In this document: piece after piece, positions 46,118 to 54,476 of the stretch
How positions within the stretch are numbered: the stretch's first letter is position 1
Layout of the letters: each line of letters starts with the position of its first letter
Source of the DNA: Candidatus Woesebacteria bacterium GW2011_GWB1_39_12
Lineage (GTDB): Bacteria; Patescibacteriota; Microgenomatia; UBA8517
Length of the DNA: 64,000 nt
Direction of reading: 5' to 3'
NCBI GenBank assembly: GCA_000993405.1
Contig: LBWB01000005.1
Location: 3,698-67,697, forward strand
The notes under the pieces: model-generated
The model's input: the letters and a program-made list of their open reading frames with translations, nothing else
Database searches by the model: none
Told to the model about the DNA's origin: nothing
Translations under genes and position numbers: made by a program

Positions 46118-47704
46118 ATGAAAACTGCCATATTCTGCCGAGTAAGCAGTAAAGAACAGGAAGAAACAGGCTACTCCCTGCCAGCGCAGGAGAAATTCTT
46201 ACGAGAGTATGCCGACAAACAAGGCTTAGAAGTCGCCAAGGTCTTCGCCGTTTCAGAGTCTGCAGCAGGCAAGGTCCAAAGGAAGATCTTTATTGAGATG
46301 ATTGCTTATGTCCGCAAGCACGACATCCCCACAATTATTGTAGAAACAACTGACCGTCTAACCAGGAACTTTGCCGATGTTCCCACTATCGACTTATGGA
46401 TTACTGAGAACGAGGATCATCAAGTCCACCTGGCAAAAGAAGGCTGCATTCTCCACAACACCTCCCGCTCCCACGAGTGGTTTATGTGGCGGGTAAAGGT
46501 GGCAACCGCTGAATACTATGTCCGACTCCTCTCGGAAAATGTAAAGAAGGGGCAAAAGGAAAAGATCGCCCAGGGATGGTTACCAACCAAACCGCCTAAT
46601 GGCTATAAAACCATCGGAGATACAGGACACAAAATCCATGTTGTTGACGAAGATACCGCGCCCTTTGTGAGGAAAATGTTTGATCTGTATATTACAGGCA
46701 ATTATTCAATCAAACGGCTCTCCAAAAAGATGTATGCCGAAGGGATGCGATCCCAATTGGGGCATAAACTCCCGCATAGTCGCATTCACACCTTGTTGCG
46801 CGATCCTTTTTATATCGGCAAAATGAGATGGCAAGATAACATTTATGAGGGTAAACAGCAGCCGTTAATCACCGTCGAGCAATTTAATAAAGTCCAGACC
46901 ATGCTTAAAAGCAGAACTACCCCTAAATACCGCAAGCATAACTTCCTCTTCCGAGGTCTGATCAAATGCGCTGGCTGCCACAACTCAATTACTTTTGAAA
47001 CGGCTAAGGGTCATATTTACGGTCACTGCAACCATTATCACGAATGCCCACAAACAACCTGGGTTAAGGAATACGAAGTCGAAGACCAGCTTTTAGAAGG
47101 GTTTGAAACCTTAAAAATCAAAAACAGCCGTATAGTCGGATGGCTGAAGAAGGCACTCAAGGAAAGTCACCAGGACGAGATCGAATACCACAACAACACC
47201 GTAGGCGAACTTGAAACCCGCTACGAGGCGGTTCAGAAGCGGATGGACAAGTTATACGACGACAAGCTAGACGAAAAGATTGCTCCAGAGTTCTACAACA
47301 GGAAATTCAAACAGTATTCAGACGAGAAAGATGAAATAACGGAATCGATAAAGAAACACGCCCAGGCAAGCACAGGCTACATTAACTTAGGGGTGAATAT
47401 CTATGAACTCTCCCAAAGAGCCAAAGAACTATACCTGAAAGCCAAGGCTAAAGGCATGATAGACGAGCAAAGAGCCTTAATCCGATTTATCTTTGCCACC
47501 TTAACGGTTGATGGGGAAAAATTAAGCTACACCTATTCCAAGACCTTCAAAATCCTCTCCGAGGCAGTCGCAGAAACAAATGGTCCGAAAGTGGGAAAAA
47601 TTGACGACTTAGAAAATGGAAAATTCGAACTTACAAAAAAGCCCGACAATTCAACACAAAAGGACGCTTTGTTGCCTCTGCGTCCCATCTGGCTCCTCGG
47701 GTAG
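46118..47704 (+). CDS. Large serine recombinase (integrase)
   Basis: FCRVSSKEQ catalytic Ser, DRLTRN, recombinase domain (LRDPFYIG), zinc ribbon CAGC..C..C, coiled coil; last codons W-L-L-G-* come from antisense tRNA-Asn. Confidence 0.95.
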   Translation: MKTAIFCRVSSKEQEETGYSLPAQEKFLREYADKQGLEVAKVFAVSESAAGKVQRKIFIEMIAYVRKHDIPTIIVETTDRLTRNFADVPTIDLWITENEDHQVHLAKEGCILHNTSRSHEWFMWRVKVATAEYYVRLLSENVKKGQKEKIAQGWLPTKPPNGYKTIGDTGHKIHVVDEDTAPFVRKMFDLYITGNYSIKRLSKKMYAEGMRSQLGHKLPHSRIHTLLRDPFYIGKMRWQDNIYEGKQQPLITVEQFNKVQTMLKSRTTPKYRKHNFLFRGLIKCAGCHNSITFETAKGHIYGHCNHYHECPQTTWVKEYEVEDQLLEGFETLKIKNSRIVGWLKKALKESHQDEIEYHNNTVGELETRYEAVQKRMDKLYDDKLDEKIAPEFYNRKFKQYSDEKDEITESIKKHAQASTGYINLGVNIYELSQRAKELYLKAKAKGMIDEQRALIRFIFATLTVDGEKLSYTYSKTFKILSEAVAETNGPKVGKIDDLENGKFELTKKPDNSTQKDALLPLRPIWLLG

Positions 47705-47764
47705 GATTCGAACCTACGACCTTTCCCTTAACAGGGGACCGCGCTACCACTGCGCCACCGAGGA
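47690..47764 (-). tRNA. tRNA-Asn(GTT), integration target
   Basis: TCCTCGG acceptor, loop CTGTTAA, GGTTCGAATCC, encoded CCA; TGcTATAAT at 47784-47789. Confidence 0.95.
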
Positions 47765-47798
47765 ATGATTTTAAAGCAGTGACATTATAGCAAAGAAT

Positions 47799-48113
47799 TT
47801 AGCCTCTGGGTAGCTTGATTAAACCTGCGTGAATTTCTCTATGGCAGTTTGCACAAACTAATAAACATTTGTGTATTTCCTTAACTATCATCTTCCAACT
47901 TTTTGTCATATCCCTGACATTTAAGGCAAATAGCTTTTTCTTTTCATTAATATGATGAAAATCGAGTGCGCCGGAATATTTTTTGTAACCACAAACTTGA
48001 CATTCTCCACCACCTTCCTGAACGGCTAATTCCTTGAGATGCCTTCTTCTTTTAGCTACTGCATCTGCTAAATACCTTGCTCGATCTCTATACTTTCGGG
48101 TATCTTTTGCCAC
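47799..48113 (-). CDS. Small HNH endonuclease
   Basis: CQVCGY..ALDFHH..CLLVCANCHREIH. Confidence 0.85.
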   Translation of the reverse strand: MAKDTRKYRDRARYLADAVAKRRRHLKELAVQEGGGECQVCGYKKYSGALDFHHINEKKKLFALNVRDMTKSWKMIVKEIHKCLLVCANCHREIHAGLIKLPRG

Positions 48114-48154
48114 AATTCAGTATTAACCAAATTAAACCCGAAGTCAAGTAGAAT

Positions 48155-48775
48155 TTACCCACTGAAGTCTTGACGCGGCAACATACTCTGGGTATTTAAC
48201 TTGTTTCCAAATTGGTATTTTTTATTTAAAGATATGGCTAATTCTGTTATTGTGAAACCGAGAGGTATGAAGATAAGGGTACTTGCTAATTGATTTTTCA
48301 AGAAAGGTAGTGCGTAAAAATAAGACATTAAAAGCCCTGCCAAATTTTTAGCGTACATATTTCCAAGAAGCCAGACGCCGAAATTAGTCCAGAGGTAGAA
48401 AAAAATATTTGCGGAAAATCCGATAGAGGTTAGCGAAAAAATATTAGATATTTTTTCGGTGATTGGTGATCTGTGATTGGTGATTAGTTTTTTTAAGATA
48501 GAACTTGCTAAAAAAGCAGGGATTAGAAAACCGCTCCAAGTGAAAAGAAAGATGTTTGAATTTCCGATAACCAGGTCTGAGAGGGAAATAATTGCAAAAG
48601 TTAACCAGAAAGATTCTTTCTTGCCAAAATAGAACGACGATAAGATCATGGTCGCGGTTATTAATTCAACATTTGGTCCCAGGTCGAAAGCGATTCTTTC
48701 GGAGATAGCGATAAGAAATAAAAGAGTAAGTACTAAGTATTTTGTATTAAGTATTTTGTATATAGGATTTTTCAT
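48155..48775 (-). CDS. ECF S-component-like membrane protein (DUF6580-like), probable cobalamin uptake
   Basis: PNVELITA..SDLVIG..FFYLWTNFGVW..ALPF; riboswitch-controlled operon; heptamer tract at 48458-48485. Confidence 0.75.
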   Translation of the reverse strand: MKNPIYKILNTKYLVLTLLFLIAISERIAFDLGPNVELITATMILSSFYFGKKESFWLTFAIISLSDLVIGNSNIFLFTWSGFLIPAFLASSILKKLITNHRSPITEKISNIFSLTSIGFSANIFFYLWTNFGVWLLGNMYAKNLAGLLMSYFYALPFLKNQLASTLIFIPLGFTITELAISLNKKYQFGNKLNTQSMLPRQDFSG

Positions 48776-49200
48776 TCAGGTTTGATATATTGCCACTCAA
48801 CAACGTCACCAGGTTTTAATTTATAAAGGTCCGCCGCGACAGTTCCTGATTCTCCATTTATAAAATAAATCCAGGCTTTCTCAGCGGAAGATTCGTAACC
48901 GTTAATTGATTTTACGAATATTCCAAAGTCATACTGCTCGGTAACAAGGGCTATGTTCTCCTTTTCAGATATGGTTTTTAGTAGGCTGAAGGCGGTTAAG
49001 TCTTGGGGCGCATCTAATTCGTAATTTGAAGCATTATTTTCTCCATAGTCGATTGTCAATTTTGCATTCTGTAAATTTACTTCAGGCGTAGGAGAAATCT
49101 CTGGTGTTTTGATTGGCTGAGATTTGGGAGTTAAAAGCAAAAAAGCAGATATGATTACGCCTGCGGAAGCTAGAATGAAAAGGAAGAATTTCTTGTTCAT
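48772..49200 (-). CDS. DUF4430 (transcobalamin C-terminal-like) protein
   Basis: TAFSLL..FGIFVKSING..WIYFING..AADLYKLKPGDVVEW. Confidence 0.85.
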   Translation of the reverse strand: MNKKFFLFILASAGVIISAFLLLTPKSQPIKTPEISPTPEVNLQNAKLTIDYGENNASNYELDAPQDLTAFSLLKTISEKENIALVTEQYDFGIFVKSINGYESSAEKAWIYFINGESGTVAADLYKLKPGDVVEWQYIKPE

Positions 49201-49204
49201 GGTT

Positions 49205-49340
49205 TTTTCCTACCTCGGGATACTTCAAAGCCGCTAGTTTTCCGACTATACGGTTGCGGTACAGTGCCGGAATTCCCGCCTCGACTCGCGTTAATTGTCG
49301 ACGCGAGGCAGGTCACCGGACTTCCTTTAACACGGTTTTG
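49205..49340 (-). promoter_or_regulatory. Cobalamin riboswitch with a 38-bp palindromic insertion
   Basis: AAGGAAGTCCGGTG..AATTCCGGCACTGTACCGCAACCGTA..AGTCGGAA upstream of DUF4430. Confidence 0.8.
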
Positions 49341-49405
49341 TTTATTTACAATAGTTACCTCTTGATAAAATTGCAAGCACTATTTTTGTGTTATTATGAA
49401 TTTAT

Positions 49406-49927
49406 ATGCTCGAAAAAGTTTTGCATGCCAGAGGTTCATATCTAAGAGACGCCGTTTTTTCTGCAAGTGACGGGGTTATTACCACTTTTGCTGTTGTTGC
49501 AGGATCAACCGGGGCAGCGCTTGGTGCAAATGTTGTCATTATTTTGGGTTTTGCTAACCTTTTGGCTGATGGTTTTTCGATGGCCTCAGGGACCTATCTC
49601 GGAGTCAAAAGTGAAATAGAATTTGAAAAGGCAGAAGGCGATAAACACGCATCCGAAGCAAGTCCTTTTAAACAAGGGTTGGTTACTTTTTTATCTTTTA
49701 ACTTTGCAGGCCTTATTCCTCTTTTTCCTTACATTCTCAATATTAGGCCCCGTTTTTATACTTCACTTTTTTTGGTATTTTTTGCCATGTTTGTAATAGG
49801 GGCTATAAAAGGTAAATATACAAGGAAGAGTAGGGTTCGTTCTGGGGTCGAAATGCTTTTGATAGGGGGTTTTGCTGCTTTTGTTGCTTATGGGGTTGGG
49901 TTTTTGATTGACAGATACATGATCTAA
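49406..49927 (+). CDS. VIT1/CCC1 family Fe/Mn transporter
   Basis: LRDAVFSASDGVITTFAVVAG..ANLLADGFSMA. Confidence 0.9.
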   Translation: MLEKVLHARGSYLRDAVFSASDGVITTFAVVAGSTGAALGANVVIILGFANLLADGFSMASGTYLGVKSEIEFEKAEGDKHASEASPFKQGLVTFLSFNFAGLIPLFPYILNIRPRFYTSLFLVFFAMFVIGAIKGKYTRKSRVRSGVEMLLIGGFAAFVAYGVGFLIDRYMI

Positions 49928-49954
49928 AAGGGTACTCGAGGAGGTGAGATATTT

Positions 49955-50128
49955 ATGAGTAGTAAGGATGTAAAGATGTATTCACAGGTTTTAATGGGTG
50001 GAGCGGTTGTTGCGATTTTCCTTTCAGCCCTGGGCTACATGGGAACCGATATATGGCTTGCTTCAACCCAGTGGCTTCTGGTTGCCGCGGTTCTTGCGCT
50101 TTTTGGAGTTTATTTAAAAATGAAATAA
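49955..50128 (+). CDS. 57-aa two-TM small protein, not in ORF track
   Basis: GAGGAGGTGA SD; MSSKDVKMYSQVLMGGAVVAIFLSALGYMGTDIWLASTQWLLVAAVLALFGVYLKMK*. Confidence 0.7.
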   Translation: MSSKDVKMYSQVLMGGAVVAIFLSALGYMGTDIWLASTQWLLVAAVLALFGVYLKMK

Positions 50129-50223
50129 GTACGGATTAAAGTGGGTACGGAAATTGTGCGGAGAATATGCGGGAATATTGATTGGGTTTGACACATAGTA
50201 ATAAAAGTGCTATTTTATTTTCA

Positions 50224-50721
50224 ATGAAAAGAAGGGATATAGTAATAGGGATTTTGATTTTAGTAATAGTTGCAGGGGTAATTTACTGGAGGCAAAGAAC
50301 CAGTCCCAGCGAAGAAATGAGAGTCCCTGAAACTTTGTCCTTGGAGGATACTCTTGAGGAAAAGTTTAAAATAGAAATACCCGAAGACGTTGACAAGGCA
50401 GAACTAAAAGACGTCACAGGAGGAAGTGCTTCGGCAATTGCCATAAGGAAATTTGAAAACAATAAATTCACCCACAGTATTTTGGCAGATTTACCCGATC
50501 CAGAAGCCGGTTCCTTTTATGAGGGATGGCTGGTGAGAGGAGAAGAAGGATCAGACAACTTTTCTTCTTTTTCAAGCGGCAGAATGAGACTTGCAAAAGG
50601 CGGTTGGATGCTTGAATTTGAATCATCTACCGACTATTCCGACTACAACAAAGTTGTTGTAACTAGCGAAAAAGTTGCAGACAAAACCCCGGAAAAGCAC
50701 ATCCTGGAAGGTAGTTTCTAA
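50224..50721 (+). CDS. Membrane-anchored protein resembling the anti-sigma-K RskA C-terminal domain
   Basis: TM then LPDPEAGSFYEGWLV..VVVTSE..HILEG. Confidence 0.6.
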   Translation: MKRRDIVIGILILVIVAGVIYWRQRTSPSEEMRVPETLSLEDTLEEKFKIEIPEDVDKAELKDVTGGSASAIAIRKFENNKFTHSILADLPDPEAGSFYEGWLVRGEEGSDNFSSFSSGRMRLAKGGWMLEFESSTDYSDYNKVVVTSEKVADKTPEKHILEGSF

Positions 50722-50782
50722 GTTTTTCTTCAATTATTTCTTTTTGTGGTCTGGGAGATTTGTTTATGATATCCTATTCTGG

Positions 50783-51511
50783 ATGAAGAGTTTAACAGCC
50801 AGTTTTATTATCGGTCTTTTTATTTTGTTATTATCATCATCTAATGCGAACGCTTCATTATTGGTAGTTAAAAAGGACGGAGAAGTCACCTGGAATGTAC
50901 TTTCGGAAGAGGATACTGCTCTTGGCATACCCACTCATTCTTATTTGGAGGTAAAGAAGGCGGGGGAGGTAACACCTTCCTCTACGTCAGTAATAACTCT
51001 TAGCAAAAAGAACGATAAAATTAGTCTTTTTGTGGACTCCGGCAATGAAAAGAGGGAACTCGACGTCACAAATTGGCAGGAAGACCTTTTGGAAATTGAA
51101 GAAAGAGCAGAAGTTCAAAAATTAAAAATTAATTTAAATGAAGGGAAATTTAGTCTTGAACAAAAAGGTATTATCGCAGTAACAGATTATCCCTTGACCA
51201 TTGATTCAAAGAGTGCAGAACTTTCTCTGGTTACACCAAGCGGAGAACGATTTGTTTCTATCTTTCCGCTTGAGGCGGTCGAGGCCGTATTACGAACAAA
51301 ACTGATAACCAAAGCCGTCAATCCCAAAATCGAAATAGTAGAAAAGGAAAGGGAGTTACAGTATATAATTTCCGGGGAAAAGGTCTTTAATATTTTAGGG
51401 ATTTATGAATACTCTATTCCGATAACTTCGTATATTTCAGCTTCAACCGGAGAAATTTTATCTGTTGATTCGCCAACTTGGTTTAAATATGTAAAATTTT
51501 TATTTGTATAG
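50783..51511 (+). CDS. Secreted hypothetical protein
   Basis: Signal peptide ending ANA; C-terminal ISASTGEIL. Confidence 0.6.
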   Translation: MKSLTASFIIGLFILLLSSSNANASLLVVKKDGEVTWNVLSEEDTALGIPTHSYLEVKKAGEVTPSSTSVITLSKKNDKISLFVDSGNEKRELDVTNWQEDLLEIEERAEVQKLKINLNEGKFSLEQKGIIAVTDYPLTIDSKSAELSLVTPSGERFVSIFPLEAVEAVLRTKLITKAVNPKIEIVEKERELQYIISGEKVFNILGIYEYSIPITSYISASTGEILSVDSPTWFKYVKFLFV

Positions 51512-51514
51512 GGG

Positions 51515-52006
51515 GTGATTTGTTTGGAACAAGAAATACAAAAGTCTGCAGGCAGTAAAAAAGGTTTATTAATTGTGGTGGTTCTAGTAGTAGTTTTGGG
51601 TTTGGGTGGTTATTTAGTTTTGTCCGGTCAGAAAAAGACACAGGAGAATTCAAGCCCGGAAGTTACTGAAGGACAAGAAGGATTTGCGGCTACTTCCGAA
51701 GATTTGCAAAAATCTGGCGTCTCCGAGTCGGCAAGAGAAGTTAGTGTTGAGGGGAATGAATATTCTTTTTCTCCTGAATCACTTAGTTTAAATAAAGGTG
51801 AACGAGTCCGATTAACTTTCAAAAATACAGGAAAATTACCGCATAATCTAACGATAGAAGGGCTCGGAATTTCATCTAAAACAATTTCGGGAGGAGCGAG
51901 CGACACGATTGAATTTACGGCGACTGAGGCCGGGATCTTTAATTTTTACTGTTCTGTCGGAAATCACAGGGGTTTGGGAATGGAAGGGAGCTTGGAGGTG
52001 AAGTAA
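51515..52006 (+). CDS. Membrane-anchored cupredoxin (type 1 copper) protein
   Basis: PHNL..FYCSVGNHRGLGMEG. Confidence 0.9.
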   Translation: MICLEQEIQKSAGSKKGLLIVVVLVVVLGLGGYLVLSGQKKTQENSSPEVTEGQEGFAATSEDLQKSGVSESAREVSVEGNEYSFSPESLSLNKGERVRLTFKNTGKLPHNLTIEGLGISSKTISGGASDTIEFTATEAGIFNFYCSVGNHRGLGMEGSLEVK

Positions 52007-52008
52007 AG

Positions 52009-52257
52009 TTGCAAATAACTATTTACTCAACAACAACGTGTCCTTATTGTAAGATGCTCAAAGATTATTTGAGCGAAAAAAACTTTGCATTTACTGAAAA
52101 ATTGGTTGATCAGGACGACGCGGCTCGAGATGAAATGGCCGGAATCTCTGGAGGATTTCTGGGGGTTCCGTTTACTTTGGTTGTGAAGGATGATGGTTTA
52201 AAAGAAACAATAATAGGTTTTGACAAAAACAGACTGGATAAAGTTTTGGGAATATGA
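52009..52257 (+). CDS. Glutaredoxin/NrdH-like redoxin
   Basis: CPYC, GVP, IGFD. Confidence 0.9.
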   Translation: MQITIYSTTTCPYCKMLKDYLSEKNFAFTEKLVDQDDAARDEMAGISGGFLGVPFTLVVKDDGLKETIIGFDKNRLDKVLGI

Positions 52258-52913
52258 TTTTTGTTAACTTCAAAACATACGAACAAGGAACCGGGGCAGA
52301 CGCAATAAGACTGGTCAAGATTTTGGAGGAAGTTGCCCACGCGTCCCAAATAAAGATTATTCCTGTTGTTCAGGCGGCTGATGTTCGAGAGATGGTTGCA
52401 ACGACCCAACTTGAGGTTTGGTCTCAGCATGTAGATCCGGTCGAATTCGGTGCTCATACAGGTTTTATCCTAGCCGAAGCCGTAGTTGAAGATGGGGCAA
52501 GTGGAACTTTTTTGAACCACTCTGAACACAAGTTTTCAGATTTTGGGACTCTTGAAAAAGCTCACGCAAGAGCCCTCGAAGTTGGATTAAAAACGCTTAT
52601 TTTCGCAGGAAATTTAAGTGAACTTAAACTTATTCTTAAACTTAATCCTACCTTCGCTTCTTATGAACCACCGGAATTGGTCGGAAGCAAGACAACTTCT
52701 GTTGCACAATCGAAACCTGAAGCGATAGCAGAGGCAGTCGAGATAACCAAAGCCAAGGGGTTGCCTCTTATAGTTGGAGCAGGAATAAAATCAAGAGAAG
52801 ATGTTAGAAAAAGTTTGGAGTTGGGGGCAGTTGGAGTGGCAGTTGCTTCTGATATTGTTACAGCCAAAGATCCGAAAGAAGAAATTTTGGATTTAGTAGA
52901 AGGATTTGAGTAA
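52254..52913 (+). CDS. tpiA: Triosephosphate isomerase, short archaeal type
   Basis: VNFKTY, GAHTG, LNHSEH, YEPPELVG, VGAGI; 219 aa. Confidence 0.9.
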   Translation: MIFVNFKTYEQGTGADAIRLVKILEEVAHASQIKIIPVVQAADVREMVATTQLEVWSQHVDPVEFGAHTGFILAEAVVEDGASGTFLNHSEHKFSDFGTLEKAHARALEVGLKTLIFAGNLSELKLILKLNPTFASYEPPELVGSKTTSVAQSKPEAIAEAVEITKAKGLPLIVGAGIKSREDVRKSLELGAVGVAVASDIVTAKDPKEEILDLVEGFE

Positions 52914-52919
52914 ATTAAC

Positions 52920-52985
52920 ATTGCTAGATGGCTAGATAGTTATATGGTTAAAAAGAGCTATCTAACCATTTAACTATTTAACCAT
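52920..52985. repeat. Octamer-repeat hairpin between tpiA and rpiB
   Basis: ATTGCTAG ATGGCTAG ATAGTTAT ATGGTTAA paired with CTAACCAT TTAACTAT TTAACCAT; right arm overlaps the rpiB ATG. Confidence 0.85.
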
Positions 52986-53436
52986 GATAATTTATCTTGG
53001 TTCTGATCACCGAGGGTTTGCCTTAAAGGAAAAAATTTCCAAATGGTTGTTTGAATGGGAATATAAATTTGAAGATATGGGGGCGGACCATTTGGATACA
53101 GAAGACAACTACACGATTTATGCTGAAAGAGTGGCATCAATGGTTGTAAGAGACAAAGATAAGGCAAGAGGTATTCTTCTTTGTGGGAGTGGTGTAGGAG
53201 TTGATGTTGTTGCGAATAAATTTGACGGGGTAAGAGCATCAATCGGAAAGAGCGTTGAACAAGTTAAGGCAGGCAGAAATGACGACGATATGAATGTCCT
53301 GGTTATTGCAGCGGATTATACGAAAGAAGAGGAAGTAAAAGAAATGCTGAAGGCGTTTTTGGAAACTGAATTTTCAGGCAAGACGAGATTTAAAAAGAGA
53401 CTTCAGGATATAGAAAAGATCGAAGCGAATAATTAA
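52984..53436 (+). CDS. rpiB: Ribose-5-phosphate isomerase B
   Basis: GSDHRGF, GILLCGSGVG, ANKFDGVRA. Confidence 0.92.
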   Translation: MIIYLGSDHRGFALKEKISKWLFEWEYKFEDMGADHLDTEDNYTIYAERVASMVVRDKDKARGILLCGSGVGVDVVANKFDGVRASIGKSVEQVKAGRNDDDMNVLVIAADYTKEEEVKEMLKAFLETEFSGKTRFKKRLQDIEKIEANN

Positions 53437-53437
53437 T

Positions 53438-54454
53438 ATGGAACTTCCAAAATTGTCGGACTTAGATGTTTCTGGAAAAAGAGTAATCGTTAGGATGGAT
53501 TTGGATGTGGATGATGACTACACAAGGCTGGAATTTGCGGAAGAAACGCTTGATTATCTGGTAAAAAAGATGGCCAGACTCATAATAATCGGCCATAAGG
53601 GTAGGCCCGAAGGAGAGAAGTTACCCGAATTGTCGCTTGCGTCGCTTGCAGATGTTCTCGGGGGAGTTGTGGGTGAGAAAGTTAATTTTTTCCATGACAC
53701 TGTTGGGTACGAAGTTGAGAAAAGAGCAAAAATGTTGGGGGAAGGCGAGATTTTACTTCTAGAAAATTTGAGATTTGAAGCTGGTGAGGAAAAAAATGAT
53801 GACGCCTTTTCCAAAAACTTAGCTTCAATTGGCGAGATTTATATCAACGAAGCATTTGCTGTGTCACACCGCGAACATGCTTCAATTGTAGGTCTTCCGA
53901 AACTATTACCTCATGCTTCCGGTTTTCGTTTCGAGAAAGAGGTGGAAAACTTAAACAAAGTTTTGGAAAATCCCAAAAGGCCAGTTGTTTTGGTTATTGG
54001 TGGAATCAAAGAAGATAAAGTCGAGTATATAAAAAGCTTCATTAAAATTGCCGATAAAATACTTGTTGGGGGGAGGCTTCCGATATTATTTGGCGAGGAA
54101 AATCCTGACCCAAGTAAAGTCATTATGGGTCAGCTTATTCCCGATAAAGAAGATATAACGATTCATACAATAGAGCGCTTTAAGGAAGAAATTGCAAAAG
54201 CCGGGACAATAGTTGTTGCCGGGGTTCAGGGTAAATACGAAGACGAAGGTCATCGTCAAGGAACACTGGAAGTATTTAATGCAATCGTAGTATCTTCAGC
54301 GTTTAAAGTTGCGGGAGGAGGAGACGCCGAAGCAGCGATAACTGAATTTGGACTGAATGACAAGTTTGACTGGATTTCGGTTGGCGGCGGCGCAATGCTT
54401 GAGTACCTTGTTCAGGGAACTCTACCGGGTATAGACGCTCTTCTTAATAGATAA
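53438..54454 (+). CDS. pgk: Phosphoglycerate kinase (short form)
   Basis: GHKGRP, LLENLRF, NEAFAVSHREHAS, GGGD, ISVGGGAMLEYL. Confidence 0.93.
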   Translation: MELPKLSDLDVSGKRVIVRMDLDVDDDYTRLEFAEETLDYLVKKMARLIIIGHKGRPEGEKLPELSLASLADVLGGVVGEKVNFFHDTVGYEVEKRAKMLGEGEILLLENLRFEAGEEKNDDAFSKNLASIGEIYINEAFAVSHREHASIVGLPKLLPHASGFRFEKEVENLNKVLENPKRPVVLVIGGIKEDKVEYIKSFIKIADKILVGGRLPILFGEENPDPSKVIMGQLIPDKEDITIHTIERFKEEIAKAGTIVVAGVQGKYEDEGHRQGTLEVFNAIVVSSAFKVAGGGDAEAAITEFGLNDKFDWISVGGGAMLEYLVQGTLPGIDALLNR

Positions 54455-54476
54455 AGACTGTTTTGTTTTTAAAGGA

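Larger units (their letters stand above)
26710..47692. mobile_element. Accessory island/cassette array anchored at the 3' end of tRNA-Asn, with a large serine recombinase at the tRNA-proximal end; left boundary approximate
   Basis: Recombinase ORF overlaps the tRNA 3' end; small independently promoted cargo genes; many co-oriented att-like relics between them. Confidence 0.7.

Noticed and set aside
26710-47700. Classical integron
   Set aside because: No tyrosine-recombinase IntI in the window and no attC-type RYYYAAC..GTTRRRY hairpins seen; the only recombinase is a serine enzyme
42187-47704. Intact prophage
   Set aside because: No capsid, portal, large terminase, tail or lysis genes
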